A stretch of 32,000 bases of DNA from Candidatus Iainarchaeum sp. (GTDB taxonomy: Archaea; Iainarchaeota; Iainarchaeia; Iainarchaeales; DTGL01). The DNA lies in assembly GCA_038736825.1 (NCBI GenBank), contig JAVYME010000006.1, forward strand, positions 4,382-36,381. The letters are read 5' to 3'. The position numbers and the translations under genes were made by a program. The notes below the pieces were generated by a model. It did no database searches. It was given only the letters and a program-made list of their open reading frames with translations, and was not told the DNA's origin. Positions 10,061 through 17,418 of the stretch are shown in pieces. Each line of letters starts with the position of its first letter. Position 1 is the first letter of the stretch.

Positions 10061-10232
10061 ATCATCTTCCGTTAACATGAAAACTACTGTTATGCTTGAG
10101 TTAACAGAATCACTATTCCATTCCAAAAAAGCTTGGAATGGTCATCATCAACAATGATGAATATAACAAAATCCCGCTTGGATTTTTTTTTTACAACTTT
10201 CTTTTCTTTTTTTGTGAATAGAAAGCTGTTAT

Positions 10233-10304
10233 TGGACCCAGCGGGAATCGAACCCGCGGCCTCAGCCTTGCAAAGGCTGCGTCATACCGCTAGACCATGG
10301 GCCC
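10233..10304 (-). tRNA. tRNA-Ala (anticodon UGC) in the 16S-23S spacer
   Basis: The minus strand reads GGGCCCATGGTCTAGCGGTATGACGCAGCCTTTGCAAGGCTGAGGCCGCGGGTTCGATTCCCGCTGGGTCCA. It has a 7-bp acceptor stem with a G3:U70 pair, anticodon stem CAGCC/GGCTG, loop TT-TGC-AA, and T arm GCGGG-TTCGATT-CCCGC. No CCA is encoded. Confidence 0.92.
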
Positions 10305-10370
10305 AGCATTGTAATATTCCGTTAGAGAATATTTTTATTTCCTTTCCACGGGTTCGCTTTTTTTTTGTTT

Positions 10371-10414
10371 GTTGTTCAAAGAGCCTTTCGGGCCAGTGCA
10401 CTGTTAGTGCTTTA
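10371..10414 (-). other. 3' strand of the pre-16S processing stem
   Basis: The RNA-sense 3' flank AAAGCACUAACAGUGCACUGGCCCGAAAGGCUCUUUGAACAAC pairs with the 5' flank at 12737-12783. GUUGUUUGAAGAGCC pairs with GGCUCUUUGAACAAC (15 bp including 2 G:U), CCAGUGCACUG with CAGUGCACUGG, and AGUGCUUU with AAAGCACU. Confidence 0.7.
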
Positions 10415-11076
10415 AATTAAAGGAGGTGATCCGTCCGCAGGTTCCCCTACGGACACCTTGTTACAACTTAGCCCGTCTCGCAGGACTCAGAATCGACTTT
10501 TTCTTTTGAAAAAGCCTCATCAAAACCCTACTCAACTGGCTTGATGGGCAGTGTGTGCAAGGCGCAGGGACGTATTCATCGCGCGATAGTGACACGCGAT
10601 TACTGGGGATTCCAAGCATTCACGAGGCAGGGTTTCAAGCCTCGATCTGGACCGAGACTGGCTTTAGGGGATTGCCTTGCCCTTTCGGGTTCGGAGCCCA
10701 TTGTTCCAGCCAATGTATGCCGCGTGTAGCCCAAGGCATTCGGGCCATACAGATCTACCGTCGACCACTCCTTCCTCCTTGTTTCCAAGGCGGTCCCATT
10801 AGAGTGCTCATCCAAAACTGGATAGTGGCAACTAATGGCGTGGGTCTCGCTCGTTGCCTGAGTTAACAGGACGCTTCATAGTACGAGCTGACGATGACCA
10901 TACAACACCTCTCAGCGTGTCAGGTAAGCCCTTCAGGTTGACCATCATTCTGCTGTCGGCCCTGGTGAGCTGTCTGGCGTTGAATCCAATTAAACCGCAG
11001 CATCCACCCCTTGTAGTGCGCCCCCGCCAATTCCATTAAGTTTCGGCCTTGCGACCATACTTCCCAGGCAGCGGAC

Positions 11077-11864
11077 TTAACGGTTTCCCTTCAGCACTCC
11101 GGTGTCAAATGAGACCGGAACACTTAGTCCGCATCGTTTACGGCTAGGACTAACCGGGTATTTAGTGGAAAGATGGAACTTTGCAAGCCTTGCCCTTTTT
11201 GCAGGATGCAAGGGCTGTGCAATGCCGAGAAATTTCTTCAAGTTTTGCTTGCCGTAAATGTAAAGCTCAAACTCTTCTCTTTTGCCTCTTTTTCTCTGCA
11301 ATTCGCTTGTTTTGATTCCTTTGCTTGAAAGGAATTTTTTCGCGAAATCCCAGAGCGGTTTTGAGGTGGTGGAGAAAGAGATTCTGGCTTGTTTTTTTCC
11401 AATGCTTGCCTCGGCGTCAAAGAGTCCCGCGAGATAAGCACCCTTATGTCCGTCAGACCATTTTGCAATGGAGGACGGGGGCGACAGGTGCTCCCTCACA
11501 GAGCCCTTTGGAACTTCAAGCACTTCTGTCAAATACTTGTATACAGCCTTGCTTTTTGTGTGACTGTAATAGGAATTCCTGTTCTTGTCATGGAATAGGT
11601 TTAATTTCACCCGAAAACCTTCAAAAACAATTTTTGCAATACCAAATGGTATTCCTTGTTTTTGTCGGTTATAAGGATTCTGCCGTAAGACGTGTTGCCG
11701 TCACCGTGCAATATGCCCAAAATCCTGCACAATTCTTTTGAAAACTGCGCTGGCAGTTTTACAATGAACTGCGAGTTTTTGTGCCTGAACCCTTTTCCAG
11801 TTTTCTGGATTTCAGGGTGTTTTTTCAGGAACGCATTCAATTTGCATTCCAAAACCTGTTCCAC
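11077..11864 (-). pseudogene. Double-motif LAGLIDADG homing endonuclease gene split by a 1-nt frameshift between the two motifs
   Basis: ORF 11607-11864 carries motif 1 (LGILHGDGN). ORF 11077-11610 carries motif 2 (YLAGLFDAEASI). The junction reads ttc ggg TGA aat TAA in frame 1 and G-TG-AAA-TTA in the -1 frame. The last 28 or so codons of the second ORF read into the 3' exon. Confidence 0.8.
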
Positions 11865-11910
11865 AAATTAATTTGTGCCTGAAGTTCTTAAAAGTTCCCC
11901 TTTTCCATAT
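11162..11910 (-). mobile_element. rRNA intron inserted within the conserved GGATTAGATA^CCCGGTTAGTCC site of 16S (junction ambiguous within the 3-nt ATA repeat)
   Basis: Exon sequence ...GACCCGGATTAGATA (ends about 11911) resumes as CCCGGTTAGTCCTAGCCGTAAACGATG at 11158 and downward. The intron ends are complementary (5' UGGAAA-AGG-GGAAC / 3' GUUCC-AUC-UUUCCA). It contains LAGLIDADG ORFs in the same orientation as the rRNA. Confidence 0.85.
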
Positions 11911-12736
11911 CTAATCCGGGTCGCTCCCCTAGCTTTCATGCCTCACTGTCAGGCCAGTCCTGGTCAGGCGCCTTCGCTACCGGTGGTCTTCTCGGGATCT
12001 TAGCATTTCACCGCTACTCCGAGAATTCCCCTGACCTCTTCCTGCCTCGAGCTTCCTAGTTTCCCTTGCGCGCCAACCCGTTAAGCGGGCTGATTTCACA
12101 GGGGACTTTTGAAGCTAGCTACGCATGTTTTAAGCCCAATATTAGTGGGCACCACTTGTGGAGTACGTGTTACCGCGGCGGCTGGCACGTATCTTGCCCC
12201 CCACTTATTCGCCAAGTTGTCTGGGCTTGGCAAAAGCCAGCAGTGCTGGCACTGGGAATCCCCCTATCGCGCTTTCGCGCATTGTAGAGGTTTCGCGACT
12301 GCTGCACCCCGTAGGGCTAGGGACCTTGTCTCAGTTCCCTACTCCGGGCTCCCTCTTCCAAGGCCCGTACAGATCTGAGGCTTGGTGGGCAGTTACCCCG
12401 CCAACAACCTATTCTGCCGCAGGCTCGTCCTTGAGCGCAACTTGCAGCATGAAGCAAGCGCTTTTTGGCAACAAGACATTCCAGTGCTTGTTGCCTATGG
12501 CACATTATCCCCAGTTTCCCGGGATTAATGCCTCTCAAGGGTAGATTGCCCACGTGTTACTGAGCCGTTCGCCAGAGGCCCTCGTGGCTGGCCTCTAAGA
12601 CTTGCATGTCTTAATCGGATTCCCATAGCAGTGCCCTCCAGCAGGATCAGCTGGAATCGGAAGAAACTCAATGGAATTTTTTTCCAGAAAACCTGAGCAC
12701 TTTTTTTAATGCTTTCAAGTTTTCTTTGTTATGTTG

Positions 12737-12783
12737 AAAGCACTTTTTCAGTGCACTGGTTTCCCGTGGCTCTTCAAACAACC
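12737..12783 (-). other. 5' strand of the pre-16S processing stem
   Basis: Complementary to 10371-10414 (see that entry). Confidence 0.7.
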
Positions 12784-13055
12784 TCACGCCAAAAAAAGCT
12801 TTGGCGCTCATTTCGTGAATCTTAGCACATTTTCTCGAAAGGCAAAAAATTGCCAGCCGAGTGTTATGTGTAAGCGTGAAATTTTTTTTCCGGCGCTTTC
12901 GCGCCATTGCTTGAACCGCCAAAACGGTTCAAAAATGGTTTCCAGTTTTTTGTGCTGGGTTTCGGTGCCGAAAACACCGAAACATATCATTATGTGGAAG
13001 TCAGTAATTATCCCAATAATTACCTCATTACCCGTATAATATACTCACACACAAA

Positions 13056-13070
13056 TATATAAAGTTTACG
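13056..13070 (-). promoter_or_regulatory. Candidate BRE/TATA promoter of the rRNA operon
   Basis: The minus strand reads CGTAAAC-TTTATATA-tttgtgtgtgagtat, about 400 nt upstream of the 16S 5' end. A palindrome, cagattGaatctg, lies immediately upstream. This is the only strong TATA element between the relE stop and 16S. Confidence 0.4.
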
Positions 13071-13259
13071 GTGACAGATTCAATCTGCAAAAAACTGCTT
13101 TTAATGGGTTTTAGTGCAATGGTTTTTAATGATGAAGCGTTAAAAAGCAGGCACTGATTATGTAGAAAAGTCTTTCTTTACTAAAAGAAGCGCTCTTTCC
13201 TTTTTCTTGCATGGTCTTTTGCGTCTGGTTCGGTAACCAAAAACTCTGGACGTGGCCAC

Positions 13260-13514
13260 CTAATGCGTTTGGTATGCAGGGGCGCGGTGTTTTACGCTTA
13301 AGAGTGTGATTTTCTTTTCGCGCATGTTAATTTGCGCTATCAGCCTGTATTTGCCCACCCTGAGCTTGAACAAGTCGTGGCCTGTTAAGCGTTCGTAGAA
13401 GAGAAAGGGGGTTTTCGTTGTTGCGTTTAACTTTTTCTTTATGCGCTCGCGTTCGGTTTTTTCCAGTTTCTTGAATTCGCGGGCAAAGGCCTCAGTCAAA
13501 AGCAATTCGAACAA
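13260..13514 (-). CDS. relE: RelE/ParE-family type II toxin (mRNA interferase)
   Basis: 84 aa with a TTG start abutting the antitoxin stop. It has the family-typical AFAREFKKLEK... N-terminus and KLRVGKYRLIAQINMREKKITLLSVKHRAPAY C-terminus. Confidence 0.8.
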   Translation of the reverse strand: MFELLLTEAFAREFKKLEKTERERIKKKLNATTKTPFLFYERLTGHDLFKLRVGKYRLIAQINMREKKITLLSVKHRAPAYQTH

Positions 13515-13742
13515 TCAAACGCCCCACTTTTTCTCGGCATCCTTCAAAGACAAAACTCTGCCCTTCTTGATTTCTTCAAGCGAAGCCTCGATCTGCATTA
13601 TTTCCTCTCTGGAAAGAGGCTCTTCGCGTGCGACATTCAAAAGGCGCTTTATCACGTCATCAAACGGCTCGCGCTCGAAATTCTTGAACTTTGCCAGTTC
13701 TCGCTTTACGGGAAGGCTAACCCTTAAAGTTGTAGTAGTCAT
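13515..13742 (-). CDS. Ribbon-helix-helix-type antitoxin partner of RelE
   Basis: The preferred start is the ATG at 13742 (MTTTTLRVSLPVKRELAKF...) rather than the track start at 13763, because a TATA box sits 24 nt upstream of 13742. The N-terminus has a beta-strand plus helix pattern. The stop abuts the toxin start. Confidence 0.65.
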   Translation of the reverse strand: MTTTTLRVSLPVKRELAKFKNFEREPFDDVIKRLLNVAREEPLSREEIMQIEASLEEIKKGRVLSLKDAEKKWGV

Positions 13743-13766
13743 AAAGTATATCAATGTATACAAAGG

Positions 13767-13776
13767 TATATAAAAA
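13767..13776 (-). promoter_or_regulatory. TATA box for a leaderless antitoxin-toxin transcript
   Basis: The minus strand reads ccaTTTTTATATAcctttgtatacattgatatactttATG. Confidence 0.5.
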
Positions 13777-13839
13777 TGGTGTTGCCTTGTATTTTTCTGT
13801 CAATTTGGCTGCTTTTTTTGTCCAACCCTCTTTTTTTCC

Positions 13840-14469
13840 TTAACTTGAGGAATTGCCTTTTTTGTCAAAATGGGTTATTTTTAGTGGCACTCCATGGCGG
13901 TTTTCGCCGTCAACTATTTCTGTTTCCAGCCTGCCCTCTGAATCAAAAACCCTGGAAATCTCTGTAATACTGAAAAAAGAGCTCTGTTTTTCCTTTTTAC
14001 TTTTTCCAGAAAAACGCGCCATTAAATCCAAAACCAGCCTGTAACCGCGCTTGGTTGTCCATTCACCGGGCTTTGAGCCTGGCGAGGGAAGGTTGAAGGC
14101 ATAACCTTTCCATTTTCCAAGTTGAACGAATGGCGGTTTTGACTGGTTTGAAGGTTTGCGTTCAAGCGCTTTATCCATTAAAGCCATTGCTTTTTTTGAG
14201 AGCTGGAATGCTTTTTTGTCCAAGACAGTAAGTTCAGGCCCGCCTGGATAAAAGGCAGGAATTTTGAGTTTTCTTGCTTTGGTTTTTTTTCTTGAAGTGG
14301 CAGCACTTTCAAGGGTATCACGGTTTCCTGCAAGGCGGAATTCTTTCACTGTTTTCATTGTTTTTCTTTTTCCAAGAATTGCCTTTACAATTTTTCTTGC
14401 CAAAAAAACACCGCTTTTTTTTGCTTGAAATATCTTTGCTTTCCCCTGTTTATAAAGAATTTTTTGCAT
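13840..14469 (-). CDS. Hypothetical basic protein, no family recognised
   Basis: 209-aa ORF with an ATG start, 20 nt downstream of the preceding ORF's stop. It is lysine-rich and has no TM helix. Confidence 0.55.
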   Translation of the reverse strand: MQKILYKQGKAKIFQAKKSGVFLARKIVKAILGKRKTMKTVKEFRLAGNRDTLESAATSRKKTKARKLKIPAFYPGGPELTVLDKKAFQLSKKAMALMDKALERKPSNQSKPPFVQLGKWKGYAFNLPSPGSKPGEWTTKRGYRLVLDLMARFSGKSKKEKQSSFFSITEISRVFDSEGRLETEIVDGENRHGVPLKITHFDKKGNSSS

Positions 14470-14489
14470 TCCGCTTTAGTTTTAAAGGG

Positions 14490-14840
14490 TTATTTTGTTC
14501 TTTTTTCAAGTTTTCTGCAATAGTCTACTGAATGCCTTAGCTCTTCTTCCAGCCGCCTTATCATGCGCTCATAAATTTCAACCAGTTTTTTGTTTGATTC
14601 AATTAAGGCTTTTTCCCTTTCGGTTATTTTTCTCTTGTTGAGGATTTGCGAGTTTTTATCCAAGCATTTTTTCCTGTTGTCTTTTTCAATTTTTATTTGT
14701 TCGTGCAATTGTTTTATTCTTTCATTCAACCTTGCAATTTTGTTTTTTCTTCTTGCCCTTGCTGCCAGCACTGGATGAAAGGCAGCGGTTTTAATTTTAT
14801 TGCAAACACGGTTTTTGCCCTTTAAACCCATGAAAAACAC
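14490..14840 (-). CDS. Hypothetical basic coiled-coil protein (start is either GTG 14840 or ATG 14831)
   Basis: 116-aa ORF with K/R/E-rich heptad-like sequence (IKQLHEQIKIEKDNRKK...LVEIYERMIRRLEEEL). Confidence 0.5.
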   Translation of the reverse strand: MFFMGLKGKNRVCNKIKTAAFHPVLAARARRKNKIARLNERIKQLHEQIKIEKDNRKKCLDKNSQILNKRKITEREKALIESNKKLVEIYERMIRRLEEELRHSVDYCRKLEKRTK

Positions 14841-14965
14841 TTCTAAATATAGTAATCCAAACGCCTAAAAAATGTTTTGAAGAGATTTTTTTGCATTGAT
14901 GGGGGAACGCCATTCAAACCCCTGCTTTTTGGGGAATTGGTTGACTGGTTTGAGGTGAAAAAAGA

Positions 14966-15199
14966 ATGGATTTGAAAAAACTGTTGTTAGAGGAAAACGT
15001 TGGCGGAATGGACCTTTTTTTGAGAGCAATAATTGGAACAATTTCAGTTTTTGCTTTGGCGCTGGGAATTGTTCCATCCGGAACAATGGCACTGGCAGTT
15101 GCACTTGTTGGCGCAATTGGATTGTTTTCTTCCCTGACAAGGCATTGCACTCCGTATGCCTTGATTGGTTTTAGCACTGCAAAAAAGCCTTTTCGCTGA
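14966..15199 (+). CDS. DUF2892 (YgaP-like) small membrane protein
   Basis: 77 aa. The pattern NVGGMDLFLRAIIG...GAIGLFSSLTRHCTPYALIGFST fits NvGxxDRxxRxxxG...CPxYxLxGxxT. The Shine-Dalgarno sequence GAGGTGA (14952-14958) lies 7 nt before the ATG. Confidence 0.8.
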   Translation: MDLKKLLLEENVGGMDLFLRAIIGTISVFALALGIVPSGTMALAVALVGAIGLFSSLTRHCTPYALIGFSTAKKPFR

Positions 15200-15268
15200 A
15201 AAAAGCAGTCAATTAAAAAAGACTTTTTTTTCTCGCAATTGTACTGGGCTTCTTTTTTGTTTATTCTT

Positions 15269-16745
15269 TTATGTTTTTTGTTGCTGGTTTTTTTTGAGTT
15301 CTTTTATTTCTGCTTGGATTGCAAGGGTTTGTTTTTTGAATTCTTCTTCTGTGATGCGTCTTTTATAATAGTCTATTTGGAGGTCTTTAAGCATGCGGTT
15401 TCTTTTAGCAATCTCAAAACGCTGTTGTTCGCTTAACAGGTTTTGTTGCTTGAAATGGTTAGCCAGCCGGTTTAACAAGAATAAGGCAATAATTATGAAT
15501 GCCAATAGCGCGCCTACTGCAATTATTGGCGCAGTAAAATCTGCTATTTGAGTTATTATTTTTTGTTGTCCAGGAATGCACTTGTTTTCTTCTATACTAC
15601 AATTGTATCCTTCAGGGCAACCGCATTCTTGGCAGTTTTCAACCCATTTTTGGTTCAAGCAATAATATGGCTTGTAGGGACCGCAACCGGTTTGAGTGCA
15701 TTGCGCTCCAACCAAAGGCTGTTGTGGAGCAATCGTTGTGGCTGGTTGCATTATTGTTTGGGTTGCAGTTGGCTGGATTGCAGTGGGAGTTGCTGTAATG
15801 GTTTGTGTTGAAGCAATGGTTTGAGTTGGAGTGGTTGGCTTTACGCATTTTCCGTTTGAGCACACTAGGTTTGCAGCGCAATTGCCACACAAAACCTGGT
15901 TTCCGCAACCATCATCCCAATAATCGCATTCTTTGCCCAATTGCAAGCAAGACTTGGGAGTGCACTGTGGTGTCCAAATTGCAGTCGGTGTTGGCGTTGG
16001 AGTTTGTGTTATTGTGGGTGTTGTTGTGGGATTTGTAGTGCTCGCTGTGCTGGTGAAATTATTGAAATCCAGGATTTTACCTGATGCTTTTTGTTCGCCT
16101 TTTTCAGCAAGGGCTTTAAAATAGTATTTCGAATTTGCTTCAATTGGAATTTCTTTAGAAAAAGAACTCCTCCCTGCACTAACTGTTTTCTTTTCCGTAT
16201 GCTTGAGCTCAGTTGTTCCCTCCTTCCAGTATTCAAACCAAACAGAACAACCATTTGGACAATCGAATTCACCCCGCAAGTTTGCTTTTGAAGAAGAAAT
16301 GTCAATGGCTTTCAATGTTTTGACAAAAATAGGGATAACCCACTTACAATAATAATATTTTGAGCACTCTTCTTGGTTACTCAAAGAAGAACAAGCCCTT
16401 GGAGTGCCTTGGCATTTGGATTCTAAATAACAGCCTTGTTGTTTGCTGCAATCGTTTGCTGAAAAAAAACCAGCAAGGCTCGAGTAGTCCAGTACAGCCA
16501 GTTCTGTTGTCCCACGAGCACCATTTCTGCTCAACACATTCGACTGTATTATTAAGGTCTTCGCATGGCGTTGGATTGCCAACACAGTCTAGACCCCACA
16601 TGCAATCAAATTTTAAACACTCGGATTGGTTTGTAATTGTATAACAATTTGGTGGCTCAGATTTTTGAATGCATTCTGCTTGCGCGCTTGCAGTGAAAAA
16701 AGCAATTACAACAAACACCAGTGAAAGCAAAAAGCCTTTTTTCAT
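15269..16745 (-). pseudogene. Cys-rich type I membrane surface protein interrupted by a frameshift at an A8/T8 homopolymer (pseudogene, assembly error or phase-variable gene)
   Basis: ORF 16377-16745 supplies the signal peptide MKKGFLLSLVFVVIAFFTASAQA and two Cys modules. ORF 15269-16585 has no signal peptide but continues the same Cys periodicity, then has TP/TQ linkers, a DDGCGNQVLCGNC module, a TM helix (APIIAVGALLAFIIIALFLL) and a charged tail. Removing one base of the run at 16462-16469 fuses the frames. Confidence 0.75.
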
Positions 16746-16894
16746 TTCAAAATAGAAACGCTTTTTTTGAATAAAAACCTTTCCTGGGAAAAATTTTGCA
16801 TTTTTTTAAAGGCAAGGCTGAAAAAAAACACAGTGAACTCAATAAAGTTCTCTGGATAATTTCAGCAAAACCGGTTTGTGCTAATTCCAAGCAA

Positions 16895-17326
16895 TTATTT
16901 TTTCTTTTGCTCTGGTTCAGCTTTTTTCCATGCAAGGAAAACAAAAAAGCAAAGCAAGAGCACTCCCAACACAATCCTGCCAAGGATTTCACTGACTGCA
17001 ACTGAAAAAGACAGTGCTCCAAAAACAAAAAGCAACAGTCCTCCAAGCAAAAAACCCATTTGGATTACGGGTTGCGCTTTCAAGAACTTGCTTGCAAGCA
17101 GGATAGTGGCAAGCCCTGCAATAAAAATTACAATTGCCTGGTATGCTCTAACCTCTTCCTGTCGGGCATAGCAGGCTTGCATTTGCACTGAATCCTGCAA
17201 TTCATAGCATTCTGGAAGTGAAATAATGGCTGACACTGTCATTGTAACAATCAAAATGAAAAGCACTGCAATTACTAGGGCAAAAACAACCCCTGTGAAC
17301 CACAAAGCGCTTTCCTTCAAATCCAT
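16895..17326 (-). CDS. Hypothetical 4-TM membrane protein
   Basis: 143-aa ORF with four hydrophobic segments. A TATA box sits 22 nt upstream of the ATG. Confidence 0.65.
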   Translation of the reverse strand: MDLKESALWFTGVVFALVIAVLFILIVTMTVSAIISLPECYELQDSVQMQACYARQEEVRAYQAIVIFIAGLATILLASKFLKAQPVIQMGFLLGGLLLFVFGALSFSVAVSEILGRIVLGVLLLCFFVFLAWKKAEPEQKKK

Positions 17327-17348
17327 GTTCTAAAATATGCTTTTGCCC

Positions 17349-17356
17349 TATTTAAA
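17349..17356 (-). promoter_or_regulatory. TATA box (TTTAAATA) for the leaderless 16895-17326 transcript
   Basis: The minus strand reads ggTTTAAATAgggcaaaagcatattttagaacATG. Confidence 0.5.
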
Positions 17357-17386
17357 CCTTTGCCTTCGTTTTTTTTTCGCAAAACC

Positions 17387-17395
17387 TTAAATATA
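17387..17395 (+). promoter_or_regulatory. TATA box for the leaderless 17419-21312 transcript
   Basis: The plus strand reads ccTTAAATATAacttattcaattgataaataagcATG, with 23 nt between the box and the ATG. Confidence 0.5.
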
Positions 17396-17418
17396 ACTTA
17401 TTCAATTGATAAATAAGC

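Larger units (their letters stand above)
10421..12657 (-). rRNA. rrs: 16S ribosomal RNA, interrupted by a 749-nt intron (mature length about 1488 nt)
   Basis: The 5' end is ATTCCAGCTGATCCTGCTGGAGGGCACTGCTATGGGAATCCGATTAAGACATGCAAGTC and the 3' end is GTAACAAGGTGTCCGTAGGGGAACCTGCGGACGGATCACCTCCT. It carries the 515 site GTGCCAGCCGCCGCGGTAAC. The total span of 2237 nt exceeds a normal archaeal 16S by the intron length. Confidence 0.95.

Noticed and set aside
11600-11615. TGA read-through or recoding joining the two LAGLIDADG ORFs
   Set aside because: The codons after the TGA in that frame are aat TAA, and the second motif lies in a different frame. A 1-nt frameshift explains the split; stop-codon reassignment does not.
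7065-12553. About 30 listed ORFs of 60-138 aa on both strands across 7065-12553
   Set aside because: They lie inside the 23S, spacer, tRNA and 16S sequences and are byproducts of structured RNA. Only the two LAGLIDADG ORFs in the 16S intron look protein-coding.
12668-13039. ORFs 12668-12922 (minus), 12731-13039 (plus) and 12808-12990 (minus) upstream of 16S
   Set aside because: They fall in the pre-rRNA leader, which is full of hairpins and the processing stem. There is no promoter or SD context, and their composition is odd and basic.
5540-16050. Periodic ggtgtt/ggtgtg repeats considered as a CRISPR array or as diversity-generating-retroelement template/variable repeats
   Set aside because: They are in-frame Pro/Thr linker codons inside CDSs, with no repeat-spacer organisation. 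No reverse transcriptase or cas gene is present, and I could find no long near-identical repeat pair with adenine-specific differences.
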